Shown: positions 19,258-28,575 of the stretch, piece after piece
Numbering within the stretch: the first letter of the stretch is position 1
How the letters are laid out: each line of letters begins with the position of its first letter
DNA from: a virus
Taxonomy: Duplodnaviria; Caudoviricetes
Direction: 5' to 3' (one strand)
Length of the DNA stretch: 64,000 nt
IMG/VR virus record: IMGVR_UViG_3300032218_003260
Made by a program: the position numbers and the translations under genes
The notes under the pieces: generated by a model
Database searches by the model: none
What the model was told of the DNA's origin: nothing
Seen by the model: only the letters and a program-made list of their open reading frames with translations

Positions 19258-20115
19258 TCACCCCGCCTGCGAGTGCTCGACTTGTTTCTTCAGCGCGATG
19301 ATTTCGTCGGGGTCTACGTACGTCGGCAAAATACCGGAGATACGGGCCTTCGACTTTGCGGCCTCTTCAACCGCCTTGGCGCGGGAACGCTCGCGAGCCC
19401 GGTCGTACATAAGCTTCGCCGCGAGGCCGCCGAGCCCAAGCCCGGCGCCGACATACGCGCCGCCAACCGTAGCCGGAACGCGCTTTGCAACGTCGTACGC
19501 GCCTGTAATCCAATCGAGCAGCGCTGTTTTTTCTGCCGCCGCCTTTTCACTGGCGGTATCGTAAACACTGTCGAGCTGCTTGGCGCCGCCGCCGGTCAGC
19601 GCGTCGTAGTATTCTTTTTCCGCGTCGGCGATAGCGGCCTGCTGGTCGCGGCGTTTCTTGCGCTTGTGCATTGCATCGATCAACTTATAGCCGCCGTACA
19701 GTCCTAGTGCGCCAGCGCCGACTGTCGCGCCGGTTCCGAACGACGACCGGATCACGTTGGGGTCGTACGAGTTCGGTTTCTTTGGCGACGCGTCTGGCGT
19801 AAACGGGCGCAGAAAGCTCAAGACGGAGTCGGGCAGCGCCTTGCCAACACCTTCAGCAACGGTGTCGTATAAACCGGCCGCTTTGGTTTCAGTGATCTTG
19901 GGCGTCTCTTCATCTTCTTCTTCGTACTTCGGCTTGTTTAACGCCTGAGAAAGCCCGCGGGCCAGATAATAAAGACTAGCGGCACCAGCACCAAGGCCAA
20001 GCCCGCCGACACCAGTGCGCATAATACGATCGCCCCAGAAACGCTGGTAATCTTGGGCGGTAGGTTTGCCAACAGGGGCAGCGGGTGGGACGACATTGTT
20101 TGCTGATTTTTCCAT
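19258..20115 (-). CDS. Gly/Ala-rich membrane-segment virion protein
   Basis: 285 aa; three GxxxG hydrophobic helices separated by KAA/KTA motifs. Confidence 0.65.
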   Translation of the reverse strand: MEKSANNVVPPAAPVGKPTAQDYQRFWGDRIMRTGVGGLGLGAGAASLYYLARGLSQALNKPKYEEEDEETPKITETKAAGLYDTVAEGVGKALPDSVLSFLRPFTPDASPKKPNSYDPNVIRSSFGTGATVGAGALGLYGGYKLIDAMHKRKKRRDQQAAIADAEKEYYDALTGGGAKQLDSVYDTASEKAAAEKTALLDWITGAYDVAKRVPATVGGAYVGAGLGLGGLAAKLMYDRARERSRAKAVEEAAKSKARISGILPTYVDPDEIIALKKQVEHSQAG

Positions 20116-20127
20116 TGGTCGCGCTCA

Positions 20128-20475
20128 TTAGTGTTTGGGCGGAATCATGCCATAAACCTGTGCCCATTCAAGCCAGACACGAAAATGTTTATGCTCGTCG
20201 TCCCAATTGTCGGTTCTTTTTAACAGCCGATACCAACCGTTGACTATCTTATCATTTATGTTGTCAAATTCTGCTTTCTGCGCCGGATCCCACATCTCAA
20301 ACATGTGAGATTTAAAGTCATACTGGATATCGATGTTTTCCAGTTCATCTTGCTTTAAATCCGGCCGCTGCCCGCTTCCCAGCACAGGAAACCCGTCGAG
20401 GGTTCCCGGCCAGTTCAGTTGCGCGTTATTGTGCTGCGGGCCGCCAAGTTCGCCGTGATATTTGCGCAGGCTCAC
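20128..20475 (-). CDS. Hypothetical protein
   Basis: 115 aa globular-looking ORF in the operon. Confidence 0.6.
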   Translation of the reverse strand: MSLRKYHGELGGPQHNNAQLNWPGTLDGFPVLGSGQRPDLKQDELENIDIQYDFKSHMFEMWDPAQKAEFDNINDKIVNGWYRLLKRTDNWDDEHKHFRVWLEWAQVYGMIPPKH

Positions 20476-20478
20476 AAA

Positions 20479-20838
20479 TTACCTTTCTGGACGGTAGAGA
20501 CGTAACTTCTTGTTGGTCTTGGCTCGGGCCGCGTACGCTTTGTAAGCAGCGGCCAGTTCGCGGGCTTTCAGGTCTTCTTCGTCGACGTCTGGCTCCGTCA
20601 TCTTGCCGGCGAGATGCCCGGCTAGACCGCCGCCAACAGTGGCCAGCATAAGCGGCGCGTACGCGACGTTACCCAGCGCCTGCCACGAATCAGACATTGA
20701 GGGGAGCTGGAGCGCGGCGCCTTTTACAAAAGCTTCCGCGGCCTTGATGCGCGATTCCAGCGTGGGCCCTGTCAATTGTTCTTCCGCGCAACGTTGGAGA
20801 AACCCCAGCTTAAATGCTTCTTTTTCGGTGACATCCAT
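20479..20838 (-). CDS. Small glycine-zipper protein
   Basis: 119 aa; EKEAFKLGF leader and TVGGGLAGHLAG. Confidence 0.6.
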   Translation of the reverse strand: MDVTEKEAFKLGFLQRCAEEQLTGPTLESRIKAAEAFVKGAALQLPSMSDSWQALGNVAYAPLMLATVGGGLAGHLAGKMTEPDVDEEDLKARELAAAYKAYAARAKTNKKLRLYRPER

Positions 20839-20839
20839 G

Positions 20840-21334
20840 TCAGAAATCTCCGGGCAAAATAAGTTTTTTGGTTGGCGCCCCGACAGTGAAGTCGGGTGTT
20901 ACGTGCTTGCCGGTATCCTTACCAAGCGGTAACGCGCCCGGCAGCGCTGATGTAAAATTAGCGCCGCTGGCCATCGATATCTTACTCTTTCTGCCCGGGC
21001 GGTGTCGCATAAACCACGCGTCTACCGCAGGATCGTCCCGATCGCCCTGTTCTTTGGCTTCTTTTGTAACAGCAACCATATTATCAATTGCCTGCTGTAA
21101 TTCGGCGCGGTCTGCCGATAACCACGCGGCCTTGCCGGGGTTGTCAGCCGCAATCGTTCGCAGGCGTTTTGCCTCGTCGCTAATCGCCTGCGCGCGCTGC
21201 AGAAACTCTCGGCGTGTCAGAACGTAAAACTCGCCGGTAGATTCGTCATGAAGGCAGATAAAGCCGTTTTTGGCGTAAAATTTTAAACCGCGATAGCTGT
21301 AGCACTTCCCGGTCGATCCGTGAGCGGCGGGCAT
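20840..21334 (-). CDS. Hypothetical protein
   Basis: 164 aa ORF abutting its neighbours. Confidence 0.55.
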   Translation of the reverse strand: MPAAHGSTGKCYSYRGLKFYAKNGFICLHDESTGEFYVLTRREFLQRAQAISDEAKRLRTIAADNPGKAAWLSADRAELQQAIDNMVAVTKEAKEQGDRDDPAVDAWFMRHRPGRKSKISMASGANFTSALPGALPLGKDTGKHVTPDFTVGAPTKKLILPGDF

Positions 21335-21342
21335 TCAACACC

Positions 21343-21699
21343 TTACGTACGAGGAATAGGACAAACGCCGTTTTCGCAGTCGCTTGTTTTTACCGGCGGA
21401 AGCGGTTTAACTTGCAGCTTCATCGAAGGCAGCGGCGCCGATTCTTTTACGTTTCCCTTTGGCGCGCCGTCTTTTGGCTCGCAGTCCGGGCAGTCCGTCC
21501 AGCTGATGGTGTCGCCGGTGCGGATCTTGCCGGTACCGCCGCAGCGCTTGCAATCCTTGGTGTCGACCAGCGGTTTAACTACCGGCGCATCAGGAAGCAG
21601 AGCAGAATAAGCAACCTCTGCAGCGACCATCCCGATATAGTCTTTTTTGGGCGGTTCTGCATATGTCACCGGAAAAAATAACATAAGCCATTCAAACAT
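21343..21699 (-). CDS. Exported protein with a DnaJ-type CxxCxGxG zinc finger
   Basis: 118 aa; hydrophobic N-terminus, CKRCGGTG...CPDC. Confidence 0.6.
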   Translation of the reverse strand: MFEWLMLFFPVTYAEPPKKDYIGMVAAEVAYSALLPDAPVVKPLVDTKDCKRCGGTGKIRTGDTISWTDCPDCEPKDGAPKGNVKESAPLPSMKLQVKPLPPVKTSDCENGVCPIPRT

Positions 21700-21738
21700 A
21701 ATTTTACTCGCTACCCGTCGGTGTGTTAATCGTCTTGA

Positions 21739-22761
21739 TTAGATGTGGCCGCGGGCGCCGTAACTGGCCAGTTTCTTCGGCGGCCAGCCGTTTACTCCCG
21801 AGATCGCCACCATGTATCGATTTTTGAGATCAGACCATTTAGCCCAGAAAGAGCCAACAGGAATGTCAACGACAGTACCAAAAATACGGCGGCTTCCACC
21901 ATTCCACGCGCCCCAGCTGTTTTGAACTAATACAAGCGGCTCGCCGTAGAGTTTAATAATTTCTACGCGGTCGTCGACAGCCAGATAGGCAAGGGCATGG
22001 GCCCAACTTCCACGACGTGAACTTACGCCGTTTGTATCACGATCTGCTGAAAATCCTTCACTCCCGCAGCTACTAATGCAGTAACCGTTGGCAAGTAAAT
22101 CGCGCAGTGCTTCGTATGTTTCGACTTCCGTGATAGTCTGCACGCGGTGATTTTCGCCGACCTTGCGCCACGACTCAGGCGGTGTTTTGCTACCGTAAAT
22201 ACCGGCATTGCGTGAGCTGTACTGCGTAAAATCGACATCAATCTCGTCGTACTTTTTTCGCAGCCAAAGGCCAGAGTCGTTAAGCGCAACTTGGGCCGCT
22301 TCGGCACAGCTCCAACCGTCGCCACCGTGCCGGCGCCAGTTGTAAAACGCTTCCGTGCTGAGCACGCCGTTTAAACGCGCGGTATCGCTTACTTCCGGCG
22401 CGCCCTCTAGCTTACTGCTGTTGGGGTCTGGCACGCCGCTAGTAATCTCGCAGCACATTGTGCCAAGACAGGCATTGCGGGTCGACCAACTTACGCAGTC
22501 GCCGCGGCCCTGTGCGCCGCCCGGAAGCGAATCCGGGTAAAGCTTCAAAATTTCAAGAAACGGCAAGCTTAATTTACCTTTGCCAGTTTCTTCGAGTTTA
22601 AATGCCGAGCATGCCATGGCACCGTCGGGGATACCACCGGCGGATTGAATCTGATCGCGTAGCGCCGCGGCGGCTTCGTGATTGGCGTACGCCCCCACAA
22701 AGCCCGTTTCATACGCTGCCACAACATCATAGACGTGGTCAAAAAAATGCTCTGTCGACAT
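21739..22761 (-). CDS. Papain-like (C1) cysteine protease
   Basis: 340 aa; QGRGDCVSWS (Gln/Cys), WAHAL (His) and VQNSWG (Asn). Confidence 0.85.
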   Translation of the reverse strand: MSTEHFFDHVYDVVAAYETGFVGAYANHEAAAALRDQIQSAGGIPDGAMACSAFKLEETGKGKLSLPFLEILKLYPDSLPGGAQGRGDCVSWSTRNACLGTMCCEITSGVPDPNSSKLEGAPEVSDTARLNGVLSTEAFYNWRRHGGDGWSCAEAAQVALNDSGLWLRKKYDEIDVDFTQYSSRNAGIYGSKTPPESWRKVGENHRVQTITEVETYEALRDLLANGYCISSCGSEGFSADRDTNGVSSRRGSWAHALAYLAVDDRVEIIKLYGEPLVLVQNSWGAWNGGSRRIFGTVVDIPVGSFWAKWSDLKNRYMVAISGVNGWPPKKLASYGARGHI

Positions 22762-22779
22762 GGCGGCGCTCCGACATTG

Positions 22780-23208
22780 TTACTTTGCGGCCGAGTTAGC
22801 AATAGTTTCGCACGCCGCGATTAATTTAGCGAGCACTTCCGGGTTGTTCGGCATAACGTCATCGGTACCGACGGCCTTTAAAAACACCGACTCAATTGCT
22901 TCGTCGAGCCCGGGGTACTTACCGACCGTTTCAATCGCTAGATCAAGCGTGTTTTGTTGTACTTCTTCCCACTTTTCAGTTGTCGTGACGCGGCCGCCGT
23001 TGTCGCGCTTCAAAACGTAAACCAGCCCGCTGTACACGCCCTCGACGCGCGCTTTGTCGGCGGCGTCGGCCTTCGACAATAGCTCGACAATCTTCGCGTC
23101 TGTTGCGCCGGGTGGTTTTGTATTGACGGGGTTCGTTAGCGACAAACCGTTCGGAAATACAACCGACAGCAAAAGCAGCAAACCAGCAACCCAAACAATC
23201 TTTTTCAT
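22780..23208 (-). CDS. Exported or membrane-anchored protein
   Basis: 142 aa; MKKIVWVAGLLLLLSVVF signal-like N-terminus. Confidence 0.65.
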   Translation of the reverse strand: MKKIVWVAGLLLLLSVVFPNGLSLTNPVNTKPPGATDAKIVELLSKADAADKARVEGVYSGLVYVLKRDNGGRVTTTEKWEEVQQNTLDLAIETVGKYPGLDEAIESVFLKAVGTDDVMPNNPEVLAKLIAACETIANSAAK

Positions 23209-23498
23209 ACAACACCCTTTGACGGTTGTTCGTACTCCACAATCACGCGCAGCAACGCGGTGCAGGCTTCAACGCCAGCCTTGCAATCCTCGGCGGCCAG
23301 CTTGTCACGCAGGCGGGTCACGGCCAGAATGTCGTCCACAAGCGGCACGGCAATTGAGTCGTGAACGGTGGGCGCATTCGACGTGGCGACCGAAGAGCTA
23401 GTATTTACGCCCTTCAGTTTTGCCAGTAGTTCTTTGCGATACGCGACGAGTAAAACGGCGGCAAAAACCGCCGCGGATAAAAGCTGAAACGTTGTCAT
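23205..23498 (-). CDS. Small membrane-anchored protein
   Basis: 97 aa; N-terminal TM helix, GGAGG RBS. Confidence 0.6.
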   Translation of the reverse strand: MTTFQLLSAAVFAAVLLVAYRKELLAKLKGVNTSSSVATSNAPTVHDSIAVPLVDDILAVTRLRDKLAAEDCKAGVEACTALLRVIVEYEQPSKGVV

Positions 23499-23533
23499 AA
23501 TACCTCCAGTGTTAGCGCGTTGTATTTATTTTA

Positions 23534-24361
23534 TCACGTTTTTGGAACAAGTACATACGGACGACCATTGATAAGGATCGTGCCATTAATTTGTAATCCG
23601 GCATCTTTTGTAATCGGATACGCTTTTGTGCGTTTTCCGTACAGCTTGATGATCTCCGAGATGTCGCCTTCTTTCGGTTTTGTAACATTCGGATCGTAGT
23701 AGGGGGCCATCAGGTTGCCGGCGTTTAAATGCGGCAACCCGAGCGCGTGACCAAGTTCGTGGCAGATAACGGCAACGGCCATGTTGAATGACCAGTCTTC
23801 GGCTTCGTCAAACATTTGATCAAGCTGCACATTCTCGGCAACTCCGCACGGCAGCTCACTCCACGCCAACGTGCCGCCTTTATTATCTAAACCGTTCTTT
23901 TTGCCCATGCCGGAGCGCGCATAAATGTTCGCTTTGTTTGCCGTATCAACGCGCGTCGGATCAATCGCACACACCTCGGCCCACTGCGAAAACGCAATGT
24001 CGTACGCTTCGGCTACTTGAGTCGTGGTGAGCCCGGGTAGATGAATCTCGTGATAGTACGAGATGTTCGGCATCGGCCATTTGCACGGATCGCCGCCGGG
24101 AGCTGTGATATTGAAATCAGGCAGCCCGCAGCGCCGGCGATTGATGCGGTGCGCGGTCTTGGGGCCGACCGTGCCCGTCGGGTTCAGGCCGTTGAATTCC
24201 TGAAACGCCCGAACCGCTTTCTGTAGTTCAGCGCCTTTGAGTTTCTTGACCTGCGCCAGCGTTTTGTCGCCGAAATACCCCAGCGTGTGGAGCCGGCGCA
24301 AAATTTCGCTAATCGGCAGAACATGAGACTCGCTGGCTTGATTTGTTGGCTTCCGTGCCAT
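23534..24361 (-). CDS. Matrixin-like (M10) metalloprotease with a peptidoglycan-binding-like prodomain
   Basis: 275 aa; AVRAFQEFNGLNPTGTVGPKT (PGBD), RRCGLPD cysteine switch, HELGHALGLPH and the LMAPYY Met-turn. Confidence 0.88.
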   Translation of the reverse strand: MARKPTNQASESHVLPISEILRRLHTLGYFGDKTLAQVKKLKGAELQKAVRAFQEFNGLNPTGTVGPKTAHRINRRRCGLPDFNITAPGGDPCKWPMPNISYYHEIHLPGLTTTQVAEAYDIAFSQWAEVCAIDPTRVDTANKANIYARSGMGKKNGLDNKGGTLAWSELPCGVAENVQLDQMFDEAEDWSFNMAVAVICHELGHALGLPHLNAGNLMAPYYDPNVTKPKEGDISEIIKLYGKRTKAYPITKDAGLQINGTILINGRPYVLVPKT

Positions 24362-24381
24362 CGTGCGCGTCCTTGCAGATG

Positions 24382-24786
24382 TTATTGCGCGGCGGCCAAC
24401 TCCATGAGGCCAGTAGCCGCGGCATCATCAATTGTATCACTCAACGTATAGACGGCGCGAACTACAGGATTATCAGCCGTATATTCAACGCCTGTCTTCG
24501 CGCAATGCTCGCGCCACACGTTGTTTAAACGCCGCCGAAGCCGCATCAGCTTGCGCGGAGGAAGCGTTCGTAACTCGCGCATGTTCTGCTGGATTGCGTC
24601 TTCCGCATTCTTTTCTTTGCAGTGAATGATCACCTGCACCAAGATCGAAATAATCATGATGATGGTGATCGGATCAAACTGATACGAGTTGTTACCCTGA
24701 GCGACAAGCTCGTCCGTGAGCCTGTCTCTCAGGGCTGCCAGCGCAGGCGACTCGTTCACGCGGCGCTGCAGTTCTTCTGTAGTCAT
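24382..24786 (-). CDS. Membrane protein, possibly lysis-associated
   Basis: 134 aa; central PITIIMIISILVQVII TM helix. Confidence 0.6.
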   Translation of the reverse strand: MTTEELQRRVNESPALAALRDRLTDELVAQGNNSYQFDPITIIMIISILVQVIIHCKEKNAEDAIQQNMRELRTLPPRKLMRLRRRLNNVWREHCAKTGVEYTADNPVVRAVYTLSDTIDDAAATGLMELAAAQ

Positions 24787-25157
24787 CAGTTGGCCGTCCG
24801 TTCAGCGCGCATCTTCTCGACGGCAACCGCTTCCATGTAGCGATACCGCGCGTCGATCATCTGCGCACGAATCTCGGTGCGGCTAGCGATAAATTTCCAG
24901 ACCAGCGCGCTATTGAGCACAACAATCTGCGTCGCTCCCACAATGGCGGTCAGCGCTTTTGTCAGCACTTCAGCCTGCGTACTGTCGACCCAGCCGATTA
25001 ATACACCTACGGCGATCAGGTTTGTGACAGCAACAGTCACCATTGTCCAAAACTCGGGTGTCAGCCAGTTGTTTGAATCTACGTTGGCGTCGTCAGCAGC
25101 GGCATTGAGCACTCGCAGTTCTTCACGAACAGTTTCAACACTTTTTTTGGTAGCCAT
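24786..25157 (-). CDS. Holin-like membrane protein
   Basis: Start at MATKK after AGGAG; WLTPEFW followed by two TM helices and a charged C-terminal tail. Confidence 0.5.
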   Translation of the reverse strand: MATKKSVETVREELRVLNAAADDANVDSNNWLTPEFWTMVTVAVTNLIAVGVLIGWVDSTQAEVLTKALTAIVGATQIVVLNSALVWKFIASRTEIRAQMIDARYRYMEAVAVEKMRAERTAN

Positions 25158-25220
25158 AACTTCTCCTAAAAAAAAGACGTGGTCGTATTGTACCGGGCCG
25201 CAAATAACATGCAACACGCG

Positions 25221-26276
25221 TTATCGGCCAAACAGGCTCGGGACAATGGCGTGCATCATCCCGCCCCACAGGCCCATATCTTGTAATTTAGCTTGGCCGG
25301 CCGGCGTTAACCCAGCCAGCGCAGAAAGAGCTTTGCCAGCCACCGTAGCTGTGGCCAGCCCAACTCCGGCAGACGCAATACCGTTAATTACGTCAACCGG
25401 ACGAATAATTGGCGAGCGCATGTTTGTGCTGATTCCGCTCATTAGCCCAGTAGTTGCCGCTGCGAATTGCGGCGGTGTGTGGTTTTGAAATCCGCGGTAC
25501 ATACCCATGTTTACATCCTGCCACGCCGCACTATTGAACTGCGGCACTGACACCGTGGGCGCAAACATCGGCTCGTTTGAAAACGCACCAGTCTGCCCGC
25601 CCGGCGGCGAAAAAGATTTTTTCAGCATCTCTTCTTCGTACGGATACGTGACGGGTGTTTTGTTATTTGTAAGCAGCCCGCGCAACATGCTCGTCCGCAT
25701 GGCCTTGGCGTTTGCATATGAATTGAGCCCGGCAAGCCCTACGCCGCTTAGCGCGCCCATCAGACCGAGCGTCCGGCGCAGTTTCCCGCGCTCCAGATAG
25801 CGTTCCGGGAAAAACTGCTCTGCCAGTGCGCCGGCGCCGTAACCCAGACCACCAGCCAGCAGGCCCGTCATTAACCCGTTTGATAACGGCGTCGGGCCGC
25901 CGAGTAGTTTGTTGCCGGTGTTCCAGACCGTAGACAGGCCCGGGATCATTGAGCCCACCTTGACGATAATCTCTTCTGCGGGATCTGGGGCTGCAGGCCC
26001 GTATGTTACAACAGCAGAACTGTACCCGGCGTCGCGCATTGCAGCGATATAGTTGTCGGTCGCCTGTTTTGTCGTGCACGCGGGCGCATACAGCGTAACA
26101 AGGCCCACGTCTGGTTCCCACGTCGCCACAGTTGTGGCCAGCAAACCGTATTTCAGCGCCGTCTGTTCGTGCGCAACTTTGAGCTGGACCGCAACCGGCA
26201 AGAGCGTTGCGACGCGCTCTGGAACAGCCTGCCATTCGTAAATAGTTGGGGCTACGGTCATAAATTTAACGGGCAA
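25221..26276 (-). CDS. K-x-A-punctuated glycine-zipper virion protein
   Basis: 351 aa; GLLAGGLGYGAGAL, GLMGALSGVGLAGL and further GxxxG segments. Confidence 0.65.
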   Translation of the reverse strand: MPVKFMTVAPTIYEWQAVPERVATLLPVAVQLKVAHEQTALKYGLLATTVATWEPDVGLVTLYAPACTTKQATDNYIAAMRDAGYSSAVVTYGPAAPDPAEEIIVKVGSMIPGLSTVWNTGNKLLGGPTPLSNGLMTGLLAGGLGYGAGALAEQFFPERYLERGKLRRTLGLMGALSGVGLAGLNSYANAKAMRTSMLRGLLTNNKTPVTYPYEEEMLKKSFSPPGGQTGAFSNEPMFAPTVSVPQFNSAAWQDVNMGMYRGFQNHTPPQFAAATTGLMSGISTNMRSPIIRPVDVINGIASAGVGLATATVAGKALSALAGLTPAGQAKLQDMGLWGGMMHAIVPSLFGR

Positions 26277-26538
26277 TGCCTGTCATAAATTTTGCAACTA
26301 ATGCCAGCCACGCCAGCACGCCGCTAATAGCGAAAAAAATAATCACGCCGCTCAGGCTAACAACGCGCCCAAGCTTGTGAAAAGGAATTTCTTTGAGCAA
26401 ACGCCACGCTTTGACGTAATCCACAACAGTCGGCGTCGGCGCAGGAGTCGGGGTGGGCGGCGGTGCTGGTTGCGGCGCGTCTGGTGTCTTTTTTTTCCAG
26501 ATCCAACCGGTCAGTTTATCGAGCAGCGGCGTTTCCAT
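26266..26538 (-). CDS. Small membrane protein with a Pro/Thr linker
   Basis: Start METPLL; PAPPPTPTPAPTP then a C-terminal TM segment. Confidence 0.55.
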   Translation of the reverse strand: METPLLDKLTGWIWKKKTPDAPQPAPPPTPTPAPTPTVVDYVKAWRLLKEIPFHKLGRVVSLSGVIIFFAISGVLAWLALVAKFMTGIAR

Positions 26539-27961
26539 TGTTTTTCCCCCAGTTTTGAATGGTGTCAAAGATGTCATTGCCGTATAGCTGTGTTGCCTTA
26601 TCGAACATGTTCATTTGCGGCAGTGTTCCGGTCGCGGCGGCTTGCGCCATTTGATATCTATACTGCGGATCGAGCATCGAGCGATACAAATGCGACTTCT
26701 GTCGCGACGCCAGAATGAAATCACCCCGCTGTTTAGCCTTGAGCAGATGGTCTGTCACGTTTGCGAACACTGGTTTGTTGTGGTCGTATACAAACGGCGT
26801 TCGCAGATCGAGTAAGTTGCGGAACTGCTGCGCATACACACTATTGTCAGCGGCTTTAACCTGCGAACCGATCACTCCGGCGGGCGCATGAAACCGAAAC
26901 TTGGTCGGGCCGTGCGTAATGCCTTTGTATTTCGGCTTAGGATCATCGACGTTCCAATCCTGCGGCGATTGCGAGATTAATCGCCGCAAGATCTCGTGCT
27001 TGCGATCGTATTCACGGCGGTCGGAGTGGGTTTTCGCCGCACGCAACTCGTCGAGAGTGTTCGGTTTCTTAACTTTGGGTTCTTCTTCCGCGCCCTTCTC
27101 TATTTTTTCGATTTTTTCGTAGTACAGCGGGTCTTCTTGCAGATGATCCTTGGCAATTTCTTTGGCGATTTGATCGTCTCTTGTGTGTTCGTGCTCATGT
27201 TTAGCTCCTTCGGCTAACGCTGGTACAGAAAAATCCCGATCGGGAACATTATCGGCTTTTCCACCCGGTAACAGGTCGTTTTGTCCCGAGCGGGAAAGTT
27301 CTGCGGCGGCTTTAAGCTCTCCCCTGCTGATGGGGTTACTAAACCGCTGCCCTTCCGTCGTTTCGGCAGGGGTTTCGTAACCCTTCGACTTGCCGTTGTC
27401 GAGCAGGACGCCTTTACGTCTGGCAGCGACCGTAATGTGAAACGGGTGGTCGTCATTGGGAAGAGCCGACAGTCCGTAACTCTTTCGCAGCGCCGAAAGT
27501 CCCGGGGCGGAAACTTGAATTGCCCAAACTTTGCTTACACCGTTGACGTTTTTGACGTCGATTTCTTTCAGCCCGCCCAGCGTGTAGCCAAACATGTGGC
27601 CGCGCTCGTTAATCTTGTCAGCACCGATAGATGCTACCTCATCGGCCGTCATGATTGATATATGCGCATTTACCAGATCGCCCTTAACGTTTGGAACGTT
27701 AAACACGCCAGCAGTCGGTAATTCAACGCCGGGTTCGGTTAACGCGTCAAATACGCCGCGGACGAGCGCATTCGGTACAGATAACAAAAGCCAGCCAGAT
27801 TTGGCGAGATAGAGCCGACCAGCAAGCGGATAACTTGTGGCGGCCTGCTTGTTGCCGCTGCGGTAGAGCCAGCCGAGCGCGTTGCCGGCGGCGTAGGCGG
27901 GATGCTCGCGATAATACTGCGGGTCCCACGAGAGCGGATCAAGTGCTGAGAGGCTGTCCAT
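26516..27961 (-). CDS. Multidomain protein: 2H phosphoesterase + DUF5661-like domain
   Basis: 481 aa; HIS (aa100) and HIT (aa175) motifs; EHEHTRDDQIAKEIAKDHLQEDPLYYEK; modules bounded by KQA/KAA/KGA. Confidence 0.75.
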   Translation of the reverse strand: MDSLSALDPLSWDPQYYREHPAYAAGNALGWLYRSGNKQAATSYPLAGRLYLAKSGWLLLSVPNALVRGVFDALTEPGVELPTAGVFNVPNVKGDLVNAHISIMTADEVASIGADKINERGHMFGYTLGGLKEIDVKNVNGVSKVWAIQVSAPGLSALRKSYGLSALPNDDHPFHITVAARRKGVLLDNGKSKGYETPAETTEGQRFSNPISRGELKAAAELSRSGQNDLLPGGKADNVPDRDFSVPALAEGAKHEHEHTRDDQIAKEIAKDHLQEDPLYYEKIEKIEKGAEEEPKVKKPNTLDELRAAKTHSDRREYDRKHEILRRLISQSPQDWNVDDPKPKYKGITHGPTKFRFHAPAGVIGSQVKAADNSVYAQQFRNLLDLRTPFVYDHNKPVFANVTDHLLKAKQRGDFILASRQKSHLYRSMLDPQYRYQMAQAAATGTLPQMNMFDKATQLYGNDIFDTIQNWGKNNGNAAAR

Positions 27962-28054
27962 AGCGCGCTTTCAAACTGCCTGAGTAGGACTCGAACCTAC
28001 AACCCCAGCATTAACAGTGCCGTGCACTACCATTGTGCTATCAGGCAATGCGGG

Positions 28055-28204
28055 TCACGGGGTCGCGCTAATACTTGGCGTTGTCATACCTCCGACCGCG
28101 TGACGAGAAACTGCCGCGTAAGCGGACACCAACAGCAAGAGGCAAAACACGGCAGAAGCGCCCCATGCGGCTACGCTCAATTGTTTACGGACGGTCATTG
28201 TCAT
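28055..28204 (-). CDS. Short signal-anchor peptide
   Basis: About 49 aa with one hydrophobic helix, overlapping the end of the holin-like gene. Confidence 0.35.
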   Translation of the reverse strand: MTMTVRKQLSVAAWGASAVFCLLLLVSAYAAVSRHAVGGMTTPSISATP

Positions 28205-28541
28205 GCTCGTGCTCCTGTTCGCGGTCACGTTCGTGCACAATGGTTACTTTTATGCCGGCGCCAGACAATAGCGATATTGCCAGATCCGTTAAAGTTGACC
28301 CGCCCATACCCGCCAGCACGCAAATGCCGATCAGGCCGTAGACGTTTTCGGCTTTCCGATAGTTTTGATACCAAATCAGGGCGATGGCAAGACCGAGAAA
28401 CCCGGCGTTCAGCATCGCGCTGATCACAGCTAGTTTAGACAGTTTCTTGGCAAACCGCAAAAGCGTTGCCAGACCCGCAAACGCAGAAGCGCCAAATGCG
28501 CTCAAAAGCACCGACAACGAATGTAAATTTTCGTCGCCCAT
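28185..28541 (-). CDS. Holin-like protein (three TM helices, LydA-like pattern)
   Basis: 118 aa; three hydrophobic helices, LAGMGG motif and charged C-terminus. Confidence 0.55.
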   Translation of the reverse strand: MGDENLHSLSVLLSAFGASAFAGLATLLRFAKKLSKLAVISAMLNAGFLGLAIALIWYQNYRKAENVYGLIGICVLAGMGGSTLTDLAISLLSGAGIKVTIVHERDREQEHEHDNDRP

Positions 28542-28575
28542 GATTTTAACCGCCTGTAATTGTTGATGTTATAAA

